Shown in pieces: positions 27,595-40,896 of a DNA stretch of 64,000 nucleotides. Positions within the stretch are counted from its first letter, which is position 1. Every line of letters starts with the position of its first letter. The DNA is from Hyphochytrium catenoides. Lineage: Eukaryota; Protista; Hyphochytriomycota. A program made the position numbers and the translations under genes. Where the stretch lies: the NCBI GenBank assembly GCA_900088475.1, contig FLMG01003335.1:1-64000 (forward strand), written 5' to 3'. The notes beneath the pieces were generated by a model that saw nothing but the letters and a program-made list of their open reading frames with translations, did not search any database and had not been told where the DNA came from.

Positions 27595-30056
27595 TTACTC
27601 GGCTTTATCTTTGTCGTCCTCCCCATGATCTTGACCGTCAAACGGCCAAGCGCCCTCCCAGTCCTTTGGTCTGCCAAAGTTGATAGTGCTCATGTCCACA
27701 CCCTTGTCCTCCCAGTGCTTGTACAGAGCCTCAAGGTTCTGCACTGAAGGGCGATAGTGACCGCTGTGCGGTTCTAATCTCTCTAAGAAGCCCTCCTTGG
27801 CCTTGAGTCGACCAGCCATTAAAGTCACTCCGCCGCTAAGAAAGCTGAAGGAAGGGGACGTTAGCGCCACGAAGACGAACAGAAAGAAATGTCTGCTTCT
27901 GTTTGAATGTTTGAAAGCAACAAGGGTCCTGGAGGCACTTGTATGGGATTGCGCCAGAGTGCTAGAATGTAAAGAAGAGCATGTGAGTGGGAAGTAGGGG
28001 TGGAGGTATCGTACCTCGAATGATGAAACCTTCCCTTGGCCTTCCTATTAACATAAAGGCGCCAGGAGGTATCCATTACAAAGATGTGCTTTCCTTCATC
28101 TTTTCCTTCACTGCTGTAGGTGTGCAGCGGCTTTCCCGAAACGACGTTTGTCAGATACACCCGAACCTTGCCTTCCTTTCTTCTAAAGCTCTGCCAGAAT
28201 AATGGGTGAGGATTCAGAAGCTCAAGCCACGCCAACAGAGTAAGTAGAGGAAAAGGAAGTCCCAGGAGAGGAGCGGATAGGAAGACACACACAGACACCG
28301 AATTGCAGGCACGAGGGAGAGGATCAGAGGAAACGATTGTGGATATCGGTTGACACCTGAGTATACTGATACTTCGTCCTGCTGTTATTGTCACAGTACT
28401 CCACACAGTGCTCTTCCAGCTCCTTCCTATCGCACTCGGGGTCAGAATAGCCCTAAGACAAGGTTCAGGTCATCAATCGTCTTCACTGAACGTCTTATTC
28501 TCTTTTTTTGACTTTCGCTTCGTCACGTGTTTCCGTCTCACACCCCATTTCACGGCTTTAATATGGCTAACCACGCTGCATGTCCTACATGTAAGCTTCC
28601 GTCTCTCTCACTCTATCTTTTCCTTCAGCTTGGAGTCATACCATGCCACGTCCAAAGTCAAGCCAATGGAAGAATCTGTCTGGGTCCTCCGTCCGGAGCC
28701 AGTGCTTGTGGTATATCCGCAGATTGTGGCCGTACCGATGCTTGGTGTCTACCATCTCTAGCCTGGACAGGACAAGGCGGGGGGCTAATTGTTAGCAAAC
28801 AATAGAGTATATAGGTGCTACCCCCACAAAGAGACAGAAGGCATGGCGTTATAACGCAGAGAGCACCCAGGCGGCGGTCATCCAAGCAACTAGTGACGCC
28901 ATACAAGAGATTTGATAGTTCCATGCATAGTCTCTCCATCAGTGAGTCGTAGTGTCTTACCACGCGCTCACATCTAGCAGTCTTACATCCTTACAGGACG
29001 ATCCCACGATACCATGCCCAAGCTTCACCGCCTTAGACGTAGCAAACCTCCATTTGGAGTCGCTGCTGGCTAAGTCTGACTTCGACACCTAGGAGGAGAC
29101 TCTCAAGTTTAGTCATATAGAAAGTCTGCGTCCCTTAGAGCAATGTTGGCGTGTCAATGGATCTCTCACTTCCGGTGTTTGACGATGGTAACTCTTAACC
29201 GCTTCCCACAGCTCAGCGCCGAACCGAGTCATAGATACCGTCGTACTAATCTATTAGCTTTGTTTTCTGGGGCTCATCGAGCGCTCTGTTCTCCATATTC
29301 TCCTTCACTCACCTCGCATGCGTTCATAAGTTCATCGTAGAGCTTGGCGTACACGAAAGCATATCGGCTATCTCGGCTAAGGATACACCCTCGCGCTTCT
29401 CTCAATTCCTTGTGTCTTCTCCACTGGCGGATGAGCCTGCAAGCAAACCTTACTGCTTTTGCCCCATATTTGAGCTTTATTAAAGGCTGAGATTGAGCAG
29501 GGCCAGCTGCTGAGGCAAACATTATGAGTGTCAGGCAACCGTTCGAAAAGAAAGAGAGCAAACCTGTAAAGGAACTCTCACAATCTGCATCTTGTGCTTC
29601 GAATAGACTATCGTTAGAGGCCACTGAGCTGTTACGGTCAGGTTTGTCTGCTGGGCTTGCGTCTCCCAGCTCAATAGACGATGAACTCCGACGAAGTATG
29701 TTGGCGAAAGCTATCACCCTATGTTTAGGAGAAGGTCTCGGGGAGTGACTGCTGTCTATCACTATGTGACGAGTCCTTGGGCTAGGCGCGATATTCTCGG
29801 CAGCAGGCTCTGTGAGAGGAACGTCTGAAAATCAGTCGACAGTCGACAGCCAGCAACGCCAGAAGCATCGACAAGAAGGTTAGACTCCATTACCTTGGTC
29901 AAGGAGGGTCGTCTCAAGAACCAAGACGCTCTTCCTTAGCTCCTTCGCATGCCTCTCCTTCTCACTGCTATCAGCCCTGGAACTGCCAACTGGATTGTCT
30001 GGTATATGCTGTGACTGTGGAGCATCATGGCTAGACGGACCTGCACCTTCCTCCAT
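27595..30056 (-). CDS. IQM-family (plant IQM1-like) protein
   Basis: WLEMVDTKHRYGHNLRIYHKHW..FFHWLDFG; HIFVMDTSWRLYV.RKAKGRFHHSSFLSGGVTLMAGRL..HSGHYRP. The start MEEGAG at 30056 is inferred. Confidence 0.88.
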
Positions 30057-30802
30057 TAATCCTTTGAGCTCTGGCTGTGAGATACAGCCGCAGCAGAGCC
30101 TGGTAGGGTGATCCGGGGCATGGATGCCCTAGCAAATGAATGACTTGTGCAGCTTCTTCGCTCTTCAGTATTGCTTCTAGCTTCTTCGCAGAGAACGATG
30201 ATGATGTCCTTCTGCTATCGAGTTGATGGGCCCCAAGCAGGCAATAGGGAAGGTGCCGGACATAAACCACCATAGAGGTCAGGAGGAAGTAGAAAGCGCA
30301 TCGCTTGTGGAGCGATGTGCGCTGTCCTTTTTGTCACATAGCTTGCAAAGCCTTGTGCGCTGTCCGCTGTACCTCAGTTCTGCTCGGTACTGTGCTTTTG
30401 ATGATCTGGTCGTTACATTATAGAGCAGTGTCAACGTCCGCCTTGCTGGGCTAATGGCGTGGCTGGGCTCAACGAGGATGTGCCTCAAGCTTCCACCCCA
30501 ATGAAGGATGTGGATAGAGTCTTGGAAGAGAAACAATAAAAGGATTTCCCCATCAGATCCAAGGCTAAGGACAACATGCTTAGCAATCAGCAATCCCCCG
30601 AGGTCTTAGAAGGCCCCTGCGGAAGTATTAGCATCAAGGGAGGAGAGAGCTGTAGGGCGGACGTCGTCCTTCCTTTCAGTCAAACGAAAGTTCTAGCTGC
30701 CTCCTGTCCAACTCTTTGGGAAGATCGCAGGGTTTCGGCTTTACAAGCACATAGATTTATTAGGCTTTTGACATGGACCCTTTATATATAGCAGATAATG
30801 GT

Positions 30803-33800
30803 CTAAAAGGAGTTTATCTTGGCCTCTATGTCTGCAGCCCATTTGCTGAACTCCTCGATCTGGGCAATGGGCTAGCGGAATGTATTAGAAAAAAGTACTG
30901 AGACCGAGTTCAATGTGGGTAACAAGACCTACCGGCTTCGATCGAGGCTGATGTGATGCGGTGTCTGGTGTCTGCCCACTGACTTCCGGCTGGTCAGCAG
31001 GTTCTGTGGTAGGAGTTTGTAGCTCGTTGACCTTTGCCTTAAGAGACGAATAAAGAGGAGAATGCGAGCGACCCAGGATGAGAAATCACAAATGTTTTTG
31101 TGCTCTCCTTCATCATTCTTACCCCAGGTTCCTTGTCTATCGGGATGACTGATGCTTCTTCCTTCTTGTCTGTTTTCTCAACAACTGCTGGAGGGGACTG
31201 CGCGTTGTCAATTAGCTCAGTTTGAGTCCCACTAAGAGATGGGGTCCGCCGGATGGGTTTTACCACTGGAACAACTTTTCCTGAGTCTATTATAAACAGG
31301 CATTTCAGTTGCTTGAAACGTGCGTGGAGGAGCAGTGGTGTCTACCTGACTTTGCGGCCTTCTTCGCTTCGGTTTCTTTTAGTCGCTGGAGGAATGTTGA
31401 GTCCTTCCCCGTGGATGATATCTTGCGTCTAGCCTGTGCGCTGCTAGAAGCCGGCGTGGTAGTACTTTTGTTGTTGCCAGCGGGGTCCTTGGGGGGTGTA
31501 TGCTCCGTACTCTCAACACCTGCTTTAAGGCCATCTTGCTTTTCCATTGTCTCTGAGATGTTATTTGCATTTTAGAGAGACGTACAAGATAAGAGTGAAT
31601 TATATTCTCGCCCATACCTGCTGTGCTAGTTTTTTTGGTTGGTGATGCGCTACTAGGGCCTCTGCTGCTCTTTGCGCCTAGAATTGTGCCGTAAGCTTTA
31701 GGTCTAGAAAAAATATGAGATTCTTGTAGTTAAGAGGCGTACTTGAGGGCCGTGCTCTACTTGCGCTGCTAGGTCTGGCATTGCGGGGAGTTGGCTCAGG
31801 AGTGTTGGAACGCTGATTAAAAGAACTTGATCTCCGTATGCCAGGTCTGCCACCACCAGGGCTCTGCGGTCACGAGTTAGACAAAAACGTAGGCCATTTG
31901 GTGCTAGTCTCTTTACCGGAGAGCGCCTTGGTGTAGCAGAACGTTCTTGTTCAACCTTTCTCTCCGCTTCAACCTTTTCCCGAAGTAGTGCTGCCTGACG
32001 CTCACGCTCTTCTGGAGTGCCTTCTGCAGCTAGTCTCTCCCAAACGGGCTTATCACTGGTAGGTCCATCCTATAGTATGTTGAAATGCGTGAGGAAAATA
32101 GCCTCACTCGTGCTTCTGGAGCTATTACCTCAGTGCGACTACTACTAATATCGGGCCTGAAAGTGCAGCTTTCCTTAAGCTTCTCTTCTGCTAGCTGTTG
32201 GGTGGGAACTGTAAGCTCCTTTAGCAAGCCTAACAAGATCTCGTAGCCTACCTTCTTTAACTTTTCTTCGTCAGTCAACTTTTCATTGGCCAGTCGTTCG
32301 AACACATTCTGCGCACGCTTCTTGTCTGGAGAAGGGGAAGGTGGCCTAGTAATCTGTGGCTTGAAAGTGCAGGCCTAGAAGGATCGTCAGTATGAGGCGA
32401 TAACTATTCAAAAGTGGTTTTTCCGCAGACCTCTGTTTCTAGTCGGAGCTTCGTATCCTCTCTCTCTTTCTCAAGCTGCTTCTTGTTATCCTCAGCTAGC
32501 CGTTCCCAAACTGGTTTCGCGTTCCCTGTCGCAGGAACGGTTGCTTTTTCTATCTGTGGAGCGAAAGTGCAGCCCTCAAGTTCTTTCTGTCGTATAAGCA
32601 GCTCTGCTTCCTCTAGCTTCTTCTCCTTTTCCTTTCTTTCCTCATAAAGCCTCTCGAATATCGATGTCTCTTGACTTGCTACCCCATTAGCTGGTCCTGC
32701 CGATTGAGGTCTCTTTTTTTGAGCTGAGGCTGGACGAGATGGCGTCTTTGTCTGTATCCTAGGGTTAAACTTGCGGCAGACCCCACTAAGCGTTTAGATG
32801 TACCTTGGCAAGTAGCTTTTCCTCATTCTCTTTCTTCATAGCCTCTCTCTTAGCCGCAACTTCTTTCAGATAATCCGCATTGTAAAGGCGTTCCACCACC
32901 GGCGTCTCTGGTTGGCTCGATCCAGGTCTCTGTTTCTCTCTAGAAGGTGGTCTACTAACCTTTGGTTTGAAGGTAAGCTCCTCCTGAATGACGAAGGACT
33001 GTGAGGATTAACGCCACAGTGATGATGTTCGCTGTACCGCACCTTTTCCTTTTGAAGAGTCTCCTGCTTGAGTCTCTCAATTTTCTGCTGCTTTTCTTCC
33101 TTGTACTTCGCCATTCTCTCCCAAAATGGTCGCGTGTCCGCACCAGCATTTGCTGCTTCACGCCTTTCATCAGCAGCTCCTTCTGGCGAAGCTAGGAACA
33201 TAGGATTTAGTAATCAATCACACGCCACCAATAATACCACGCATACCACTGCCGGAAGGCGAACCCGGGACTCCTGCCGAACTTGGACGTTGTCTGGTAG
33301 CAGAGGAAGGTCTCTTTGAGACAATTTGGGGCTTGAACGTGCATTGCTCCATTTCCCTCTTGAGACGCTCCTGAACGACGATTATAAGAAGAAGGCCAAT
33401 TCTAGTAGTTGCTTGACTTGACTTGCCACACCTGTTCCATCTGTTCCTCTTTGGCCTTCAAGTTCTGAACTTCAGAATAAAGCATTTCATACCGGGGTTT
33501 TGCAGGTGATGGAGCTCTTTTAGCCCTCTCAGATATCTGCGGTTTGAAAGTGCACCTGCATGATGTAAAGGACTGGTTAAGAGAAATTCCACCTTGTTGG
33601 CTGTTAACGTGGAAAGTATACCCTTCTATCTCCGCTGACTTCCGTCGCTCTTCGATTCGCTGTTTAAGCTCTTGGGCATTCTTGTATAGCTCATCAAACC
33701 GGCTTCCATTTGTCTCATTTTTGGATGCTATCTTCTTAGAAATGGGGTTGATGGAGGGTTGGAAAGTGCATTCTTCCTGTTGCTTTTTCAGAAGCTCTTG

Positions 33801-34575
33801 TCTTTTGCGCTCCATCAGCTCGGCGCGCTTATGTAGAGCCTCAAATTTCTCCTGCCGTCCCCCAGCAGGACTCTTCCAATCAAACGTATCAGGTAAAAAG
33901 CGGTAGCTCTATCAAATTCAATCTTAGAAACTCACCTTCTCCCCAGAAGAAGAAGTCTTGATCTCCGGTCTGAAGGTGCATTCTGGGTCTTTAGGAGAAT
34001 CCGCTTTCTCTCGAAGCTTCTTCATTTTCTCCTTGCCTTGAAGATACAATCGATCTCCAGCAGCAACGGTCTAAGGAGAATGGTTGATTAAAATCAGGCC
34101 GCTTGAGAAGAACTGAAGGCATTCATACCTTCGTTTCTGAAGCGCTTGGATGATTGGGGCTACTACCAGTGACCTGGTCACCACAATTTTTGCCACCACT
34201 GCTTGCCGTGCTAGAAGCCGCAGGAGAGCTAGCTGTGTCTTGATTTGACTGCTACCAATCGAAAGCACTTAATTTAACTGAGATGCAGCAAGAAAGTCAT
34301 TTTGTTGCTTACAGGGGATCCATTGCTATGCTGCGTGTCTCCCACTGAAGGATGACAGAACAGCACCACCTTTGGTTAGGTTCGTTATTAGTTCGAGATC
34401 TTATAATAAGGATACCTACCTATTGCTTGAACTCTAGGACCTGAGTCTTTTTGGGATGTGCTTTGACCGCTAGGAAGTTGTATCTGAGCTCTCAGTAAGC
34501 ATAAACAGACGGCATAGAAACTAACCTTTCAGCGCTTTCCACCGTCATCTTGTCCTGCTCAGAGATAGTTTCCAT
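30803..34575 (-). CDS. Uncharacterised coiled-coil protein with ~9 [F/W]ERLY...CTFxPxI repeats
   Basis: Spliced frame gives ECTFRPEI, ECTFQPSI, GCTFKPQI, QCTFKPQI, ELTFKPKV, KFNPRI, GCTFAPQI, ACTFKPQI and SCTFRPDI; it ends IEEFSKWAADIEAKINSF*. Confidence 0.8.
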
Positions 34576-35816
34576 CTAGCAGCACCAAGCGCGAGCAATG
34601 CTACTTTTCCCTCAGGTTAAGGTTTTGGGAAGACGCAGGCTCCCACATCCACAGCTATTCGGCAGCAAGTTAAAAATAGCTCTAAAAGCTTCAGAAGGGG
34701 GACGTCTTGTATGGTCTGCTTCCTAGTTATTGCGATCAACCGAATTGGCCGTCTCCAGAATTAGCAATTGGCGGGAATCGAAAATTGTCGTCGAAATTGC
34801 GCTTCCTTTGGCTCTGCACACAGCGCCATCGCCAGCGCTCCATCTTTCCTTCAAACCTCTTTCAAGTCACACACACATCACCCTTTGGAGAGGGCTGAAA
34901 CCTTCATACAGATAAATGGAAGCTTCAAATGGGACATTGACGAATTCAATTCTTCACACGAAGTATCTTCGTCAAATATGCCAAATCTGGCTTGGTAACG
35001 ACAACCCAAAATATCTTACTACACTCATAGTCCCTAAGATAGGTACCTAAGATTGATAGTATTACTACTATGGACCTCCCAACGGCGCAGAGGATTATTC
35101 ACAAACCTGATAGCACATGTTGGCAAAACTCTCACCAAGAATTAGTTAAGTGGTAGTGGAAGATAACTGGATCACAGTCTTCAGTAATCAACTAACACTG
35201 ATCTTCCATCAGTAGAGAGGCGTTTCATGGTGTCGTTTGGGATCCCCCTCAGAGGGCACCACACTGGGCCATCCTCCTGCTGGTCCGCCCTGCCGCCACT
35301 CACATGCCGCAGCTGCCGCTGATCAACGATCTGAAGATAGCAGACGCCTTAGAGACATCAAAGTGCAGAAGAGGCGGAGAAGGACTATAAATCATTCCTC
35401 CTTTCTCCCTGATGAGCCTCTCTCTCCTGCCACCTTCGTTTTGCTGGTGGGGCAAGACACAAGTTCCATCGCCAAAGAACGACGGAAAAGAGTAAAGGCT
35501 GCCGTCCGTATGAGGCTGGACAGCTAAGAAAGCTGATTGAATCGTTTAGTTGTTGGTGTTAGGCTCCTCCAGCTCGACTACTTTGTTGGCCAGTGCATCA
35601 CCTCTTCTCTGGCATCTCGGCCCGAAGATCTGGAGTATATTTATGCTCTCTTCTCTACAACGTACCAATCTCATGATTCAGACGGTGGTTGTCAGCTTGG
35701 CTCATTGAATCTTGTCCATTACTGCTCTCTGGTTGGTCCATTCTCATCTCCAAGTTAGTAGCTAGATATTCGACGAGGTAGTTCGTGGGCGTGTCCTTTA
35801 ACCTCGAGGGTTTAGG

Positions 35817-38489
35817 ATGGAGGAAGAAGGCTCGTCTCGGCCTCCGCCTCCTGGCAGTGGAGGGAAAAAAGTTGCACTATCTCCAGCAGCAGCAGCACCA
35901 GGAAGTGGCAGCAAACTTTCAGCTTCACCAGCAGTCGCTGATATACCACCTGCTATGACGATCGCTCCAGACACCAAAAAGAAGGAAAAACCAAAGAAAC
36001 AGCGCCGAAGAGTAATCACAAGCAAGGCTGAGAATAACGAAGGCATCGAAGAGCTTGAAGGTGTACGCGACGACGATGTGAGAGAGCTAGTGAAGGTGCG
36101 CCCAACTACTATTGTTATGCGCATCGTGTGCCAGTTTGTCGACAACCAAAATCTAACCACCGTCATCCGTTCACCGGACTGGAACGAGTAGCTCGTAAGG
36201 CGCATGAGCAAAGTGTTTCGTGAGAAAAGGCATGAGGATCCGGGATGGAAGCGGGTGAGTGGTCTAGAACATCCTCCTTGAGGACGCCTTTCAATGTATC
36301 AAAGCTCAAGCCAGCGGTCTTTTCCACGAACTATCAGGAATTCAAGGGCTTGGATCCTAGGTCCGTTGTCTACAGAAGGCTGCTGTTAGACGCTGGGATC
36401 ATTGGGGAGCACGCGAAGGTACGTCGTCCCGTTGCGCTTGCTTAAGCTCCGTTGTTGCGCGACTAGTGGAAGAAGAGGGGGGCTAACTCCATGGTTCCAT
36501 CAGTGGGCTCCATGGTTTCATAGATCAGATGCAATCCTTCTTCCCAGAGCGGCGGATCGTATCTTGCAAAGGATCATTCAATCCTATGAATCTACCACTG
36601 ATATAAAAAGACAAGCTGTCATGGAAAAGACAGTGGAAGAAGATGCAGACATCCTCTATCAGAGCCTGGCTAGCAATTCAGAAGGACTGCCCCCTAAACA
36701 CCTTATCCAGCGGACCCTCCACTATGCCATCAGAGATAGACAATATGCGAACGGAAATTTTGAGTTCAAGGACATAACAGACACTTGGAGCATTCCACCG
36801 GAGGACAATGATATCCATATCGCAGGGTTTGCCTCGCCCGTAGAAGGGCCCTTGGAATCTCTCGGCGCGGAGAAGGTAACATCACGTGCATGGTGGGCTG
36901 TTCCTTTATAACATGTAGTCTTCTTATAGAACAGATGGTGAGAGGAAAAGGTGGTGCAAAAACGGCAGAAAAGTTGGGGAGAGCTGACTGATAGCTGTGA
37001 GTTCCGAACCTTCTTCTTCCCATGATGCGCGTCCTAATCTCATATCTCAAACCTAGTTCTTCAACTATGAGGGCAGATGGCAACGGGGAAAAATGCACTC
37101 TGCTGGCGGTCTGCTACGATTCTATGACGGAGGGACCTACAAAGGAGATTGGGCAAACAATTGCCCCAATGGCGAAGGGACTGCGGTTGGTTGTCTAGTT
37201 GACTACCTAATCCTCTGCCTTGGGAGTCTACCATCTCCAAAGCTCTTGGCCAACATTGGCAAGACTAAGTGCTTTCCTCGTCCGCTCGCAGGCTTATCCC
37301 AATAAAGTCCAATACCTTGGCTCCTGGAGAGATGGTTTGTACCATGGCAGAGGCCAGATCCTCTATCCTGATGGTGCCAAGTATAACGGAGAGGTATCAT
37401 TCAATGGCCAGCAGTCTCGCATCAGTAGTGCTGCTTGTCTTCTCATCATTTCTTCTGGTGATGTGTCTGCAAAAGCGATCAATATCTCAATTCAAACCGA
37501 CACTAAAGAAGAAGAGCCATCTATCTGCTAGGAGCTGAAGGAGTCTGTATACTTGTCTGTTGGTCGCGTTCGTTCCTAAGTTATAAGTAGTTCTCTTCTG
37601 GCACTGGTTCGCTTATGCTTTTTGACGCAGTGGGAAATGGGACGAAGGCATGGACAAGGAGTCTTCACTTCTGGTTCTGGTCAAGTTTACGAAGGTTCAT
37701 ACGTGCATGGAGCCAAACATGGCAAAGGCAGCATCTACGACCGGTGAGTGTCTTAGACTGTGGTGGCGGCGTTCGTTGCAGCTAAAAATCGTACTTGGTC
37801 TTCCTATCATGGCTGCAGCAGCAGATAGTACTACTTATAACTCCTCTGACTCATTTGGCCTCTTCCCCAGAAGTCCAGTGAGATGTTGCCTATCATCGAT
37901 TTGGCAGTATAAGTGGGCTCTTCTGGCGATCGTCTCTCCTAGCCAATGAGTGCGCTGGTCATTAACTTCCGTCCTATCTCTGCAATCTCTTTTAGATCTG
38001 GCTACCGCTTTGATGGGATGTGGGTAAGGGACAGGATTGAGGGCTACGGGACGTTGACACTTCCTGATGGCAAAAAGATACTCAAGGCGAAATGGCCAAG
38101 GGCCATGTTCGGAGGTAGGAGTACAACAAGGCGGAATGCGAATGACCAGGAACAAGAGTAGAACGAGTACCGCCCCACCGTCTCTAACTAAGTTCTACCA
38201 ACATCATTTGTTTGCCTTAGAGACTATCCGAAGCGTCCGGAGAGAGCAGGGTCTTGAGTCTGAGAGACGAAGGCAAGAATGGAACAAGCTTGTTGAGATG
38301 AGAGATAGATTACGAGCGGCTGAGATGGTCGGAGAATATCATGCCATCAAAGAGTGGGAAGAAGGGGAGAAAGAGAAAGCAGAAATGCAGAAGAAGCTGG
38401 AGGCGAAGAGGATGCGCAGATTAACCCAAAAGGCAGAAAAACGCCACAAGATTGACCAAATGCTCAAAGAGATGAAGGATGACGCCTAG
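35817..38489 (+). CDS. MORN-repeat protein with a C-terminal coiled coil; in-frame TAG at 36189-36191 (possible pseudogene)
   Basis: MORN repeats YKGDWANNCPNGEG, YLGSWRDGLYHGRG, YNGEWEMGRRHGQG, YEGSYVHGAKHGKG and FDGMWVRDRIEGYG. The exon 1 frame is interrupted by TAG. Confidence 0.8.
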
Positions 38490-38667
38490 AATGTTGCAGG
38501 CCTTGCGTGAGGGTGTAGACTCCAGAGCTGCTTAGAGCTGTCGAGATGGAGATAAGCAAAGGGAAGGGCACTGCACAAAGGCATAAAAGCAGTGATTATG
38601 ATTTAAGTGCGGCACACCCCGCATTGTCTGCACCCAGATGACACTTGCGGCGCCTTCTTATCCAGCA

Positions 38668-40700
38668 CTATGCCATGTATAGGGACTCCAGCAGATCCTT
38701 ATAAATCTTGCCTTCATATATCGTTTATGGCGTAGCCTTGACATCCAACTCGGCTTCAGTGGCATCCCACAGTGTTGCCTGTGAGTCTTGATGCCAGATT
38801 TTGGCCCTAATAACAGAAGGCTGACACTTAGTGGCCTTTATAGACGCAGCGGTTGCAAGCAGCAAGGACAAGGATGGACAAGGTGTAAAGATAAGCGCCA
38901 GATATTGGAGCAGCTAATCATTACCTAGACCATCTGAGACAGGGGCAAGTCCTGGAGTCAAGATTCAAGTGCTTCTCACGTAGCTCGGTAGCTTCGTTAG
39001 CACTCTTTCCTGAAACAATCGTCACGTCCGTGCCTCGTGCAAGCATGTAGCCTGCTCGTCGAAGGATCAGTGCTGGTTCCTTTGACTCCTTGCTTTCGTT
39101 CTCCAACCTATTTCTTTCTGTTACTCTCACTTTCTTGCCCACTTCTCTTTTTGTCCTGCTTTTGACTCTGTACCGACCCTACGACACCGCTGCCCTAGGC
39201 CCGTTGTAAAATCCATTTTGTAAGCAATCATCGACAGTCGTCTCACCATCAGGAAAGCGGTAAAATTCTTGTCCCTCTTCTCCCTTGGGACCAGCCGAGA
39301 TTCTGCAACCTGTCATATCAACGTCGTACGCACTGGGAGGTCCAAATAAGAGGAGAAGGGCAGCGGTTGGTGAATGTCTGCGTCGTAAGTCTTGGTGCCC
39401 CAAGTGTTGGATAATAAATTGACGAGCAAAAAAGTGCCATCAGGTTCTACAGAGGTCCAGACCACAGAGCTAAGGCTTCCCAGAATACAATGCCTACTAT
39501 CATCGACCAACGGAAGAATGTGCAAAACAAGAACGAAGAGATAAGAACAGTGACAAGAGCGTAAGAGATAGAAAGACATGAAGAGCGCACTGCCCAAAAG
39601 GCGCCACCTCTTAGGTCCAAGGGACGCGGCATACCTTCTATTGACAATAGCCACTCTGTCTCTAAGAAAATCTAACTGGCCTACGGAGACCTTTCCTCTC
39701 ATTTCACTGGAAAGCGTTCGCCGTGGGACAATGCCGGAGCCCCTGGATGCCAGCCAGTAACCAAGCAAAAGCGAGAGAAAACTCACCCCTACCCCCATGG
39801 TAGCGGCGGTGCCAACATTTACACTAGAACGAAACTAGATGAAGCCCCAGTAAGGTGGTTCAATGTTAGTCTGAGTTGATGGAGTGCGATCTAAAGGACG
39901 GCAAAAGATACCAAAAGGAGCAAAGCCCCATAGTCCCAAGAGAAGAAGGCAAGCATCTGGCGTTTGTGCAGAATCAGATCTCAGATAGCAAGCGAGCGGT
40001 AGCAGGTGCAAGAAGGGCAATGTCGGAAGCATCTCTTAACATACCTGCTTCAGACCAAAGAGATCTGGCACCAGTGATCCGTTGGCCGCCTTAGTCGACT
40101 CAAAGAAATGGTCAGAATAAACACGACACTGATCCTGCAGAGCCTCCAGTTCACCCTGTAGAGCAGAGACTTCTCTCTCTCCTGCTTCTGCTCTCTCTAG
40201 CACCTGATTAAAGATTTCTTGGAGGCTGCGGTAAGAGTAAAGGACGAAATGTCGAACCTTCGCGACGTACCATTCCGTTGCCTGTCTAGTTCCTAGGCAA
40301 CAGCAAGGGCGCGACCAGCAACAGGCGGAGAAGGAAAAAGCCGTTCAAGGTGAGCGAAGGGAGGCAAGAGGGAGTTAGTCACCGAGAGAGGGCTTGCGCG
40401 ACGAAACCAAATAAAAAGGGGAAGCAAGGACAGGAACATGAGAGGAACAAAGAGATACCACAAATAGTGGAGAGAGCCTTTACAATGTTAAGAAGCCGTA
40501 CTTACTTGGTGCATCTGCTCCATCTTGGACTTAAAGGAAAGCTGTGACCTCACCTCTACCTCCGCATCAGAGCCCACAGCTAGATCTCTGGTCGCATGAC
40601 AGCCGTGCCTCGGCAAACAAAGTAGCAGCACCAGAGCGAGCAGAAGAGTGCGCCTCGGACCACAGAACAGTGGGGAGTATGAGTATGAGTAGTCTGCCAT
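38668..40700 (-). pseudogene. Disrupted gene for a signal-peptide/TM protein of unknown family
   Basis: Signal-like LLLALVLLLCLP, a coiled coil and TM GVGVSFLSLLLGYW with phased GT-AG introns. Apparent frameshifts at ~39825 and ~39335, TAG at 39179-39181 and TAA at 38725-38727. Confidence 0.6.
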
Positions 40701-40896
40701 CCTTCGTCCACGTAGAGCGGTCGAGCGAGCGCTTATCACTGACAACAACACCCAAAGAAAGCCTTAAACTTAGGTCCTCCTATGACACTCCGCACCCAAC
40801 GACCGATTTCTCAGCTAGGATTATCGCTTAGAAGCTGATGAACTTATCGGAAAGGACTGTTCGCAGGTCTTATGCCTTATGGCCCTTGCTTACTCT

